Source: Synechococcus sp. A15-28
GTDB taxonomy: Bacteria > Cyanobacteriota > Cyanobacteriia > PCC-6307 > Cyanobiaceae
DNA length: 32,000 nt
NCBI RefSeq assembly: GCF_014280175.1
Contig: NZ_CP047931.1
Coordinates: forward strand, 2,010,001 to 2,042,000
Reading direction: 5' to 3'
A program made the translations under genes and the position numbers. Position 1 is the first letter of the stretch. Each line of letters begins with the position of its first letter. Shown one piece after another: positions 9,685 to 18,666 of the stretch. The notes beneath the pieces are model-generated. The model made no database searches, was not told the DNA's origin, and saw only the letters and a program-made list of their open reading frames with translations.

Positions 9685-10104
9685 ATGGAGTCCAGCCAGG
9701 AGAACCTGTTTGACCAGGCCATGGCCCGTTATCAGGCCGGAGCCAGAGCCGCCGAGATCCTGCCCGACTTCCTCAAGATCACCGAGATGGCGCCTCGCCA
9801 GGCCGCAGGCTGGACCTGCCTGGCCTGGCTGCAACTGCTCTGCGACCAACCCGAGGAGGCCCTGCGCTCGGCACGGTTCGCGGTGAAGCTCAGCCCCCAG
9901 GATCCCCAGGCCCGCATCAACCTGAGCCTGGCGTTGCTGGAGACGGATTCCAAGGGTGTGCGCGATCAGATCCAGATGGTGCAGCAGGTGCTGACCATGG
10001 CCCCCCAGATTTCCGATGACCTCAAAGGTGCCCTCGAGGACGGTCTGGTGCGGCGCCCGGGCTGGAAAGCGCTCGAAAAAGTGAAGTCCTGGCTCAACTT
10101 CTGA
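9685..10104 (+). CDS. TPR-repeat protein
   Basis: 139 aa with TPR-like repeats (GWTCLAWLQLLCDQPEEALRSARFAVKLSPQDPQARINLSLALL). Codon usage is consistent with neighbours. Confidence 0.6.
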   Translation: MESSQENLFDQAMARYQAGARAAEILPDFLKITEMAPRQAAGWTCLAWLQLLCDQPEEALRSARFAVKLSPQDPQARINLSLALLETDSKGVRDQIQMVQQVLTMAPQISDDLKGALEDGLVRRPGWKALEKVKSWLNF

Positions 10105-10131
10105 CCCATCTCGCGGCGGCGCATCCGATCC

Positions 10132-11301
10132 ATGGGACAGATCCTGCTGCTGAGCAACGGTCACGGTGAAGACGTCTCCGGCGCGCTGATCGGTCAGGCC
10201 CTTCAGTCCCTGGGGCATAGCGTTCAGGCCCTGCCACTGGCGGGGCTGGGCCGTCCCTACCAACAGGCCGGCATTGCCCTGCTGGGGCGCAGCCACGAAT
10301 TCAGCACCGGAGGCATCGGCTACACCAGCCTGCGCGGGCGGCTGACGGAACTGGTGCAAGGGCAGATCCTCTACCTGTTGCGACGCCTGCTGCGGCTGCT
10401 GCGCCACAGCCATCGCTTCGATCTGATCGTGGTGGTGGGGGATGTCATCCCGGTGATCGCCGCCTGGCTGACCCGCAGGCCGGTGGCCACCTATCTCGTG
10501 GCCTATTCGAGCCACTACGAAGGACGGCTGCGTTTGCCCTGGCCCTGCGGCGAACTCCTGGCCACCCCTCGCTTCCAGGCGGTGTTCAGCCGGGACCAGC
10601 TCACGGCGGACGACCTCACCACCCAGCTGCAACGTTCGGTGCGCTTCGTCGGAAACCCGTTCATGGACCCCGTGCTGGCGCCAGCCGCAGCGCTGCCCAC
10701 CGCCCGGCAACGCATCGGACTGCTGCCCGGCAGTCGCCGGCCGGAACTGGAGCACAACCTGCTGCTGCTGCTGCAATTGATCGAGAAGCTCCCCGTCGCT
10801 GCGGAGCTGAGCGTGGATCTGGCCCTGGTGGCGAGCCTGGAGGACACAGCCCTGCAGGCTCTGGCCGGCAGCGTCGGCTGGCGTCTGGAGCAGGGGGTGC
10901 TGAGCCGAGAAGACACCGTGCCGATCACCTTGCGGCGCGACGCCTTCCAATCCGTGCTGCAACACAGCGATCTGGTCATCGGCATGGCCGGCACAGCGAT
11001 TGAACAGGCCATCGGCCTGGCCAAACCCGCTCTGCAACTTCCAGGGGAAGGCCCCCAGTTCACCGCCCGGTTTGCGGAGGCACAGCGCCGGTTGCTGGGG
11101 CCAACGGTTTTCTGTGCCCCCGGCGACGCCGGTTCCCGCGACAACATCGCAGCCACAGCTGCGCTGGCGCTGGACTTGCTGAACCGCTCCCGCAGTGATC
11201 AGGAGCTGCACGAGCAGTGCCGCCGCGAAGCCAGCCGCCGTCTCGGAACAGCCGGGGGAGGCACAAGAATGGCAGCAGCCATCAGCGAACTCCTGCCATG
11301 A
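10132..11301 (+). CDS. Lipid-A-disaccharide synthase-related protein (LpxB-like GT-B glycosyltransferase)
   Basis: The opening ILLLSNGHGEDVSGALIGQAL, GLLPGSRRPE and the C-terminal GMAGTAIEQAIGLAKP resemble the cyanobacterial LpxB-related family as I recall it. The family call is from memory only. Confidence 0.65.
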   Translation: MGQILLLSNGHGEDVSGALIGQALQSLGHSVQALPLAGLGRPYQQAGIALLGRSHEFSTGGIGYTSLRGRLTELVQGQILYLLRRLLRLLRHSHRFDLIVVVGDVIPVIAAWLTRRPVATYLVAYSSHYEGRLRLPWPCGELLATPRFQAVFSRDQLTADDLTTQLQRSVRFVGNPFMDPVLAPAAALPTARQRIGLLPGSRRPELEHNLLLLLQLIEKLPVAAELSVDLALVASLEDTALQALAGSVGWRLEQGVLSREDTVPITLRRDAFQSVLQHSDLVIGMAGTAIEQAIGLAKPALQLPGEGPQFTARFAEAQRRLLGPTVFCAPGDAGSRDNIAATAALALDLLNRSRSDQELHEQCRREASRRLGTAGGGTRMAAAISELLP

Positions 11302-11570
11302 GTGCGTTCTCGGAACCGAGCTGGAAACGCTGGCTGGATCGGCTGCTGATGCTCAACGTGCTCGTGGTGATCCTCGGCGCCGGCTTCTTCGGGGTCGCCG
11401 TTGCGGCCCAGACCCAGGGCCGCAATGCACCGATGGATCTGTTTCAGACCCTGTGGCAGCCCCTGTTCACCCCGGCCATCAGCCTGCTGATCATGGCGGC
11501 CCTGGTGAGCGGAATTCTCAGCTGGTGGCAGCGGCGAGTGCTGAAGGCAGGTCGGGATAGCGGAAGTTGA
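11298..11570 (+). CDS. Small two-TM membrane protein (hypothetical)
   Basis: ATG 11298 overlaps the upstream stop (ATGA). 90 aa with two hydrophobic segments (LLMLNVLVVILGAGFFGVAVA; AISLLIMAALVSGILSWW). The track extension back to 11217 lies inside the previous gene. Confidence 0.5.
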   Translation: MSAFSEPSWKRWLDRLLMLNVLVVILGAGFFGVAVAAQTQGRNAPMDLFQTLWQPLFTPAISLLIMAALVSGILSWWQRRVLKAGRDSGS

Positions 11571-12447
11571 ACCCGAGGCTCTCCAGCCGCTCGGATTGCA
11601 CCTGCTGGCCCTCAAGCACCACCTTGGCGCCATCTCCGAGCAGCACCTGCAGCACCGGGCCCGGGACGGGCAACAGGCTGGGACGGCCCAGACTGCGGCC
11701 GAGTTCCCGGGCGAACGCCGTCATCGACACCGGCTCGGGGGCGACGCCATTGACCACACCGGACCAGGACGTGTCCTCCAGGCCCCGCTGAATCAGGGCG
11801 CAGAGGTCACTGCGATGAATCCAACTCATCCATTGCTGGCCGGAACCGATCGGCCCACCGAAGCCGGCGCGGAACACCGGCAGCATCTTGCCGAGGGCAC
11901 CACCACCGGCCGCGATCACGATGCCGATCCGCACGGTCACCAGACGGGTTGCGGCAGGAACCGCCGCAGCCGCTGCCTCCCAGCGTTCACACAACGACGC
12001 CAGAAAATCGGAACCGGCGGCACTGGACTCCTGGAAGCAGGCGTCGGGACTGGTGCCGTAAAACCCGATGGCGGACGCGTTCACCAGCACCTGGGGTGAA
12101 GCCGGCAGGGCGGCCATCGCCTCCACCAGCAGACGTGTGGTGTCCAGTCGACTGTTCTCGAGGAGCTTCAGGTGGGCGGCGGTCCAGCGCTGCTCGGCGA
12201 TCGGCTCCCCCGCCAGATTCACCACACCATCCGCCTGCGTGAGGGCGTCCTTCAGGGAGGGCTCCTGCCAGCTGGCGGGCTGGGCCGGGTCAAGCTGCAG
12301 CCAGGCCATGCGCCCATCGCTGCGTTCCGCCTCGTAACCCCGGGGAAGACGACGGCTGACGATGGTGACCTGATGGCCGGATTGAATCAGCTGAGGAACC
12401 AGTTCCCTGCCGACAAATCCAGTGCATCCCAGCAGCAGCAGTCGCAT
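11518..12447 (-). CDS. NAD-dependent epimerase/dehydratase, YfcH-like (TIGR01777 type, DUF1731 C-terminus)
   Basis: Rossmann motif LLLGCTGFVGREL is followed by VVNLAGEPIAEQRWT, GFYG, and GGPIGSGQQWMSWIHRSDL with ESLGFNFRYP at the C-terminal end. Confidence 0.8.
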   Translation of the reverse strand: MRLLLLGCTGFVGRELVPQLIQSGHQVTIVSRRLPRGYEAERSDGRMAWLQLDPAQPASWQEPSLKDALTQADGVVNLAGEPIAEQRWTAAHLKLLENSRLDTTRLLVEAMAALPASPQVLVNASAIGFYGTSPDACFQESSAAGSDFLASLCERWEAAAAAVPAATRLVTVRIGIVIAAGGGALGKMLPVFRAGFGGPIGSGQQWMSWIHRSDLCALIQRGLEDTSWSGVVNGVAPEPVSMTAFARELGRSLGRPSLLPVPGPVLQVLLGDGAKVVLEGQQVQSERLESLGFNFRYPDLPSALAAATS

Positions 12448-12531
12448 GGGTCCTTGAGATGTGCGTCGGGGAGGCTAGGGCGAATCGATCGTGTACGGGC
12501 TTTAGCCTGATCCCATTCCCTGCCTGCCCAG

Positions 12532-12786
12532 ATGGCCGAAACCGACACCAAGGCCCCCGCCAAGGCCAAACCGGCGGCTCTGCGCAAGGGCGCCCTGGTG
12601 AAAGTGAACCGTGCGGCCTACAGCGCCAGCCTGGAAGCCTCCGCCAGCGACTCGACAGCACCGGATTACATCTTTGAAGGTCCTGGGGAGCTGCTGCTGG
12701 TGAAAGGGGACTATGGCCAGGTGCGTTGGAACCGTCCGGTCCCGGATGTGTGGCTGCGCATGGATCAGTTGGAATCCTGCGGCTGA
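12532..12786 (+). CDS. ndhO: NAD(P)H-quinone oxidoreductase (NDH-1) subunit O
   Basis: [11 protein letters not shown]...[41 protein letters not shown] matches the NdhO pattern (KKGxLVRV ... SLEAxASD ... P.VWLRLDQLE). Confidence 0.85.
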   Translation: MAETDTKAPAKAKPAALRKGALVKVNRAAYSASLEASASDSTAPDYIFEGPGELLLVKGDYGQVRWNRPVPDVWLRMDQLESCG

Positions 12787-14804
12787 GTCAGGGCACCCTC
12801 CACAAGCTTCACCGCCGTCGGCACGCTGCTGATGGCGGAGGGCAAACGCCAGACGGCACCGCCCAGAACTGCACTGAGGTCGGCCAGGGCCACCAGAACG
12901 CCGTTGTTCTGCTGGGAAGCGGCCTGATCCGCCACCGTTGAAGCGGCCCAGGGCATCCAGCCCGCGAGGAGCACCACGCTCCGGTACGCCGCAGGCCAGG
13001 GGCTCTGCGGGTCTAAACGCTGCAGAGCGGCGAACTGGTCAGCCGCTTCCCCGGGACGGTTGGCCAGCACCGCCAGGAGGGCCAGACTCCAGCGTGCCTG
13101 TGCATCTTCAGGGTTGATGGCGAGCTGCTGCTGCGCCTGCCCTGCCACCTGCTGCCGATAGAGAAAATGGCCATCCAGCATGTGCTCCACGGCCACAGCG
13201 GAGAAGACCGGATCCAGGCCGGAAGGACCTGCCGCCAGACCAGCGGCCAAAGCAGGAAACGCAGCGGCAAATCCAAGCGATGCCGGTCGATCCGAACGGC
13301 GGCGCCAAAGGGAATAACTGCCTCCTTTCGGGCGCGGGAAGCGCTGCACCTGCTCAAACACACCGCTGCTGCGAACGGCACGGTCCAGCTTGCGAGCTGC
13401 CTTGCGGACCGAGCCCTGATCCCCCTCCGACAGCACCACCCACTCGGCCCGCGCCAGGACCGGAGCCCGGTCACGGCGGCTGCCCCCCAGCTGGCGACCG
13501 ACGAGCCGGCCTCCGCCGCGACGGCCATAGAAGCTGACGTTGTGCTGGTTGAGATCCGGTGTGCTCGGCACCACGATCACCGTGCGGGGCTCCGCCGCAG
13601 GATCCGCACCACCGGCGGCCTGCACCAGGGCCTGCAGAGGCCCCCGCGGCCGATCCTGCAGGCGCTCCCACTGATGGCTCCACCCCGCCGGGACACAGGC
13701 CAGAAGCCCGATGCCCAGGAGGGGGCTGGTCCAGCGGGGACGCCACTGCCGCAACCAGAGCCCCCATTGCCACCAGCCGCGACTGAGCAGCAGCAGCAAC
13801 GCCGGCAGCAACGGCGCGATGTAGCGATCGCCCTTGTTGGGGCTGAGGCTGGTGAGCAGCCAGGCCGCCAGCAGGTTGATCACCAGCCAGCTCCAGCACC
13901 AGCCGTCGTCACCTGAAGTGCGGGAGCGCTGAACCCACCAGAGCACCAGGCCGGAGACGCCCACCACCAACAGCACCAGTCCCAGCTGCTCCGGCAACAG
14001 CCTCGGATACCACAACCAACCCTCCAGGCTCAGCAGTCCAGGGTCTCCCTCACGGGCGGCGGACTCGAACACCGCGCGATTGGTGCCTCCAAGGCTGGTG
14101 ATCCAGTTGTGCCGAAGCCAGGGCAAGACCATGGCTGATCCAAGCAGCGGCAGCACCAGGGCCTGTCGCCGCCACACCCCCCGGCGTCGCAAGGCGATCC
14201 AGGCAGCCCAGAGTCCAGCCGGTGCCAGCGCCAGCAGGGCGCTCTGCTTCACCAGCGCCGCCGCCAGGGCCGCAACGGTCGCCCAACACACCTGGCCCCA
14301 ACGTCCACCGGTGCTGGGATCACACCAGACGGCCAACCGCCAGAGCGCCAAGGTGACCATCGCCGCCAGGGGCATCTCCAGCACATAGTCCGTTCGGAGA
14401 TCCAGCAGCGCCGGCGTCAGAGCCGTCAGCAGACAGGCCAGCAGAGCCAGGCCTTCACCCCGAAGCCGATACCCCCAACCAGCCACGGCCAGTAGCAACA
14501 GTCCATGCCAGAGGCTGAGGCTCCAGGCGGCATCCGCCGGGGCATCGCCGCTCACGGCCATCACGGTGCCATTCACCAGGGAGGCCAGCGGTGGAATCTT
14601 GGGGGAGAGATCCAGCAGGGCCGACCAACCGTTCCAACCTCCGCCGGGCAGCAGCCCAAGGGCCCGGCCATGGTCGAGGGCACTGTTGAGATAGTCCGCC
14701 TGATCCCAGGCGGGGACACCGGTCTGCTGCATCCACCACAGACGATCAACCGCCGTGGCCAGCAGCCAGATCATGGCCACCCCAAGTCCGAGACGACGGC
14801 TCAT
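12765..14804 (-). CDS. GT39 / ArnT-PMT-like (GT-C) membrane glycosyltransferase with C-terminal TPR-like domain
   Basis: Multi-TM N-terminal half with the loop-1 motif PAWDQADY, comparable to the DxD/E motif of PMT/ArnT enzymes. The soluble C-terminal part has TPR-like repeats. ATG 14804 overlaps the upstream stop (ATGA). Confidence 0.75.
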   Translation of the reverse strand: MSRRLGLGVAMIWLLATAVDRLWWMQQTGVPAWDQADYLNSALDHGRALGLLPGGGWNGWSALLDLSPKIPPLASLVNGTVMAVSGDAPADAAWSLSLWHGLLLLAVAGWGYRLRGEGLALLACLLTALTPALLDLRTDYVLEMPLAAMVTLALWRLAVWCDPSTGGRWGQVCWATVAALAAALVKQSALLALAPAGLWAAWIALRRRGVWRRQALVLPLLGSAMVLPWLRHNWITSLGGTNRAVFESAAREGDPGLLSLEGWLWYPRLLPEQLGLVLLVVGVSGLVLWWVQRSRTSGDDGWCWSWLVINLLAAWLLTSLSPNKGDRYIAPLLPALLLLLSRGWWQWGLWLRQWRPRWTSPLLGIGLLACVPAGWSHQWERLQDRPRGPLQALVQAAGGADPAAEPRTVIVVPSTPDLNQHNVSFYGRRGGGRLVGRQLGGSRRDRAPVLARAEWVVLSEGDQGSVRKAARKLDRAVRSSGVFEQVQRFPRPKGGSYSLWRRRSDRPASLGFAAAFPALAAGLAAGPSGLDPVFSAVAVEHMLDGHFLYRQQVAGQAQQQLAINPEDAQARWSLALLAVLANRPGEAADQFAALQRLDPQSPWPAAYRSVVLLAGWMPWAASTVADQAASQQNNGVLVALADLSAVLGGAVWRLPSAISSVPTAVKLVEGALTQPQDSN

Positions 14805-15475
14805 GCGATCTCCAGGCGCCGGTGCTCATCCTGCAAGCGTTGGCGCCGCTGCTTGGCTTCCCGCAACATCTCCCGGCCATCGTGGAGGTAGTTGTCCACG
14901 TAACCCATGGTGTAGCGCTCCAGCTCCGCCAGGGCGTCCTCCACTTCCGAGAAGCAGTGGTAAATGCTCAAACCAAAGCCACGGGCCGCCGCAGGGGTGG
15001 GCAGGCTCTGAAACAGTTCCTTGACGCGTTCCATCCGACGGCTACTGCTTTCCAGGTAACGGCAGAAGTCCTCCATCAAGGCGTCGTCATAGGGATCAGC
15101 CGAGAGGGCCTTGAGCTGCTTGGGGAAGGGATTGATCACCTCACCCAGCAGCCGGTCGATGGGCGCATAAACCTGCCGTAACCAGCGCACCAGGGCGTCA
15201 TCGGCCTGAACCGCGCGGTCGTGGCCCGTTGCCGCCCGCCGCAGATCCCGGGCCGCTGTTCCAGCGGCGGCGGCGGCGGTGATCCGGCTGCGGTCGTGGG
15301 CGCGGCGCCGCTCCGGATCACCGAGAACCTCCCAGGCGGCATTGAGGGCGAGCATGCGCTGGTCGTCGCCACCGGCATCGGGGTGGTGCTGCTTCACCAG
15401 GCGTCGATAGGCCGCCTTGATCTCAGCGGCGCTGGCGCTGCTGCTCACCCCAAGCTCGGCATAGGGATCGGCCAT
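14801..15475 (-). CDS. J-domain (DnaJ-like) protein
   Basis: [34 protein letters not shown] is a J domain with the HPD tripeptide. The C-terminal part is not recognised. Confidence 0.8.
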   Translation of the reverse strand: MADPYAELGVSSSASAAEIKAAYRRLVKQHHPDAGGDDQRMLALNAAWEVLGDPERRRAHDRSRITAAAAAGTAARDLRRAATGHDRAVQADDALVRWLRQVYAPIDRLLGEVINPFPKQLKALSADPYDDALMEDFCRYLESSSRRMERVKELFQSLPTPAAARGFGLSIYHCFSEVEDALAELERYTMGYVDNYLHDGREMLREAKQRRQRLQDEHRRLEIA

Positions 15476-15499
15476 CGGTTCCCGTCTCTGCTCCCATCG

Positions 15500-16468
15500 T
15501 CACAGCATCGGGTCCTGACGTGCGGGCATCGGGGCGGCGCCACTGAACATCGGTGTGGAGAGATAACGCTCGCCGTAGCTGGCGAGCATCACCACCACGC
15601 GCCGTCCCTGCAGCTCGGGCCGCTGTCCCAACCGCAGAGCCGCAGCCACGGCAGCACCACTGCTGATCCCACAGAGCAGGCCCTCCTCTCGGGCCAGCCG
15701 ACGGCCCACGTCCATGGCCTCCTCGTCGGACACGGTCATGACCGCATCGATCAGATCAAGATCGAGCACCGCAGGGACGAACCCGGCACCGATGCCCTGA
15801 ATGCGATGGGCGCCTGGCGCCTGGCCTGACAACACAGCACTACCAGCCGGCTCCACCGCCACCACCTGCAAATCCGGTTGGCGCTGCTTCAGCAACCGCG
15901 CACAACCGGTGATGGTGCCGCCGGTGCCGACGCCGGCCACCAGGGCATCCAGCTGGCCGTCACAGTCGTACCAGATCTCTTCAGCGGTGGTGCGCTCGTG
16001 CACCGCAGGGTTCGCCGGGTTGTCGAATTGCTGCAACAGATAGGCCTCAGGGATCTCCTCCACCAACTCCTTCGCCAGGGCAATGGCTCCAGCCATGCCC
16101 TGGGCACCATCGGTGAGCTGCAGCTCAGCGCCGTAGGCGCGCAGCATCGAACGCCGTTCAGTGCTCATCGTGTCCGGCATGGTGAGGATGAGCCGATAGC
16201 CCCGAGCGGCGGCGACCATCGCCAGGGCAATACCGGTGTTACCGCTGGTGGGCTCCACCAGCACGGTTCGTCCCGGCTGAATCGTGCCCTCCTGTTCCGC
16301 TGCCAGCACCATGGCGCTGGCAATTCGATCCTTCACCGAAGCCGAGGGATTGAAGCTTTCCAGCTTGGCGACCACATCGGCCCCACAGCCAAACTGCGCT
16401 GGAAGGCGGTTGAGACGAACCAGGGGCGTGCCTCCGATCAGGCCAGTGATATCGGAGGCGATGGCCAT
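15500..16468 (-). CDS. cysK: Cysteine synthase A (O-acetylserine sulfhydrylase)
   Basis: [11 protein letters not shown], the PLP-lysine motif [31 protein letters not shown] and GISSGAA are canonical CysK/CysM motifs. Confidence 0.92.
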   Translation of the reverse strand: MAIASDITGLIGGTPLVRLNRLPAQFGCGADVVAKLESFNPSASVKDRIASAMVLAAEQEGTIQPGRTVLVEPTSGNTGIALAMVAAARGYRLILTMPDTMSTERRSMLRAYGAELQLTDGAQGMAGAIALAKELVEEIPEAYLLQQFDNPANPAVHERTTAEEIWYDCDGQLDALVAGVGTGGTITGCARLLKQRQPDLQVVAVEPAGSAVLSGQAPGAHRIQGIGAGFVPAVLDLDLIDAVMTVSDEEAMDVGRRLAREEGLLCGISSGAAVAAALRLGQRPELQGRRVVVMLASYGERYLSTPMFSGAAPMPARQDPML

Positions 16469-16478
16469 GGCAGTGGGG

Positions 16479-18464
16479 TCAGAAACGGAAGACCGACTGA
16501 ATCAAACCGCCAAAAATGCCGAAGGTCGATGCGCCGTCCTGGTCCTGATCACCGCTGAGGTTGGCGGTGTAATGACCCAATGGACGCGACATCCAGAACA
16601 CCGATGGCGTGATCTGAATGTTGTCGGTGACCTGGAAGGAGGCGTAAAGCTCCACCAGATAGTTGGCATCGTTGGCGGTGTATCCACCAGCGAGCTCCGT
16701 CGCAAAGTTGGGCATGCCGAAGCTGACGCCGAGGTCGTTGCCGACATCAAACACGTCGTCCCATTTGAGGCCAACGAACCAGGATTGGCTGGCCACAGGG
16801 GAGTACTTGAAGAATCCCTTACCGGTGATGGCACTGCGGGCGTAGCCCACAGACACTGAGGGAACCCAGCCGGTCTCCTGGGGCACCCAATAACCATTCA
16901 AAGCGAAGTTGTGGCTGTTGCGCTCACTGCGCTCGGCGATGTAGTCGCCCTGATAGAGATCTTCTTCCGTCCAATTCCAGACGTCACGCCAACATTCATT
17001 GTTGAATGAATCATCCATCATGAAATTGGTGCCACGGCGCTGCCCCGTACCGCACTGGCCGTAGCGGTAAGCGAAGGCGACGCCGTATTCCTCTCCACCC
17101 CAGCCGGTCTGGATGAGGAAATTTCCGCGGGAGTTATTCGTGAACAGGCCACCGAGCACTGGATCACCGTCACCACCATCCTCAGCCACGTAGTTCATCG
17201 AGAGTGAGAAGGCCGGGTCACCCTTGTTTTCGGTCTTCTCCTTGTAAATCACTCCGAACAGCGCACCCGTGGCTTTGTTGTAAACGTTGGAAGCACCGGC
17301 CAGTCCGGTCCAATCGAGGATACGAGCACCGCCCCGGTTGTAGGCCGAGGGCCACATTCCCAGACTCTCGGTGTTTCTCGCCATCGGACCAACGATGAAG
17401 GTGAGCGAGTGATCAATCAATTCGTCATTCTTGAGAGGGAAGCGGTAATACAAACGACCCAAGCCAAGAATATCGTCCGTACAAGGTGCTGTACTGAGCT
17501 TCGTCAAAGCCACACCATCGCCAGCAAAGGCGTTATCGCAGAAGTTACCCGCCGTGAAACTTGCATAAAGAAGATCTTTCCCTGTGAAAGACGTCTTCAG
17601 GTTCAGCTTCTGTTCATAGTTAAAGGTGGCAGCGCCGTACTGACTGTTGTAAGCGCGGGTTCCTCCCCCTGAGCCATCTTTTTTCCAGGCTTTATGGTCC
17701 CGGAATTTACGGGAACGAATGTCTTTGTAGTGCTTCTCAAGCTTGGTCCCTTTGATGATCTCGGTACCGCTTTTGCCGTCTTTTTCCTTCAATGAACCAT
17801 CGCGGTTATGAACAGCCCGCCAGGCCTTGCGGGTCTTCTGCCATGAGCGGCTGTTCTGCGTCGAGCCGAGGGGCGACTCACGACCATCAATTTCGACAAT
17901 CTGGTGCTTCTGGTCGTAATCCCAGTAGTACTTGGAACCATCATTGGTGCCATAGGCCTTGGTGGAGCCCATGGTGAAGGTGCTCTTGCCCTTCAATTTG
18001 GTGGTGGTGGAGAACTGGCTGGCTTCCAGGGAGCCAACTCGATCCTCCAGCAGCATGATGCTGCCGGCCACAAAGTTGAGTTCGGATTCGAATTCCTTCA
18101 GCAGCTGCTCCACCTCTTCGGTCATCTCCGTGACGCGATCAAGGCAGGATGCCAACAGCGCCGCCGCTTCATAACGGGTGATCGGGATGTAGCCGCGGAA
18201 GCTGCCGTTGGGGTAGCCAGCCACACATCCATAGGTTTTTACCAACCTCACCAGGGCCTGATAGGCCCAGTCCGTGGGGTATACATCATTGAACTGATTA
18301 ACACTGGTGACCTGCTGGAGCAGTTGCTTGGCTTGTTCAAGATCGAGGGTCGCAGAGTAATCCGAAACCGAGTCAATGTTGAGGTCGGCAGCTTGTGCCG
18401 AAAGGGGAGCAATCAAAAACGTCAGTGCTGCTGGAGCGACCAAAAGGTGCTGGAGCAGTTTCAT
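16479..18464 (-). CDS. Outer-membrane porin 1 (SLH domain + coiled coil + OprB-like beta-barrel), with a unique 94-aa basic insertion
   Basis: Signal peptide [25 protein letters not shown]; SLH motif [28 protein letters not shown]; heptad-like linker; barrel ending ...[10 protein letters not shown]. Start at ATG 18464; the upstream track extension covers the 5'UTR. Confidence 0.88.
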   Translation of the reverse strand: MKLLQHLLVAPAALTFLIAPLSAQAADLNIDSVSDYSATLDLEQAKQLLQQVTSVNQFNDVYPTDWAYQALVRLVKTYGCVAGYPNGSFRGYIPITRYEAAALLASCLDRVTEMTEEVEQLLKEFESELNFVAGSIMLLEDRVGSLEASQFSTTTKLKGKSTFTMGSTKAYGTNDGSKYYWDYDQKHQIVEIDGRESPLGSTQNSRSWQKTRKAWRAVHNRDGSLKEKDGKSGTEIIKGTKLEKHYKDIRSRKFRDHKAWKKDGSGGGTRAYNSQYGAATFNYEQKLNLKTSFTGKDLLYASFTAGNFCDNAFAGDGVALTKLSTAPCTDDILGLGRLYYRFPLKNDELIDHSLTFIVGPMARNTESLGMWPSAYNRGGARILDWTGLAGASNVYNKATGALFGVIYKEKTENKGDPAFSLSMNYVAEDGGDGDPVLGGLFTNNSRGNFLIQTGWGGEEYGVAFAYRYGQCGTGQRRGTNFMMDDSFNNECWRDVWNWTEEDLYQGDYIAERSERNSHNFALNGYWVPQETGWVPSVSVGYARSAITGKGFFKYSPVASQSWFVGLKWDDVFDVGNDLGVSFGMPNFATELAGGYTANDANYLVELYASFQVTDNIQITPSVFWMSRPLGHYTANLSGDQDQDGASTFGIFGGLIQSVFRF

Positions 18465-18666
18465 ACCAATCCCCTCAACTTCCTGCAGGAAGCATTTCAA
18501 CAACAAACTGAAGGTACCGGACGTGGGGTGTGGTGCTAGTCCATTAACCCACCGTTAAACACAATAAAAAAGCCCCCCTGATAGGGGGGCTGATCTGTGT
18601 GAGGAACAAGTCTGAAAACCCGACCGAAGTCGGGCCGTTGAATCAGAACTTGAAGACGGTCTGAAC
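18375..18666. repeat. Repeat R1, copy A (porin-2 last codons + Yfr1-like module + porin-1 promoter/5'UTR + signal-peptide codons)
   Basis: Aligns by eye with 20418-20708 (offset about 2042-2044). The central 70 nt are nearly identical. The porin-1 5' part is roughly four-fifths identical. Confidence 0.85.
18563..18636 (-). ncRNA. Yfr1-like RNA module, copy 1 (also the terminator region of porin 2)
   Basis: Minus strand: GGCCCGAC-UUCG-GUCGGGUU hairpin, then UUCAGACUUGU-UCCUCACAC-AGAUC unpaired, then AGCCCCCC-UAUCA-GGGGGGCU hairpin plus UUUUU. The motif shares 9 of 11 nt with the Yfr1 core ACUCCUCACAC and the architecture is the same. Confidence 0.5.

Noticed and set aside
9670-11211. 513-aa minus-strand ORF
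   Set aside because: It is an antisense shadow of the TPR and LpxB-related genes, with Gln/Gly/Ala/Arg-rich composition and no recognisable domain.
18465-18506. N-terminal extensions of the porin ORFs (MLLKCFLQEVEGIG for porin 1; GTG-initiated MRNL for porins 2 and 3 at 20149-20160 and 22317-22328)
   Set aside because: The extensions would start inside the 5'UTR or SD. The signal peptides begin at MKL(L/F)Q with an SD at proper spacing, and porin 4 starts directly at MKLF.
18563-18636. Interpreting the two hairpins after porins 2 and 3 as nothing more than tandem terminators
   Set aside because: This is not fully rejected and is kept as the null hypothesis. However, the exact Yfr1-core 9-mer in the unpaired spacer, its 11-12-nt complementarity to the porin RBSs, and the structure-preserving differences between copies make a purely terminator role less likely.
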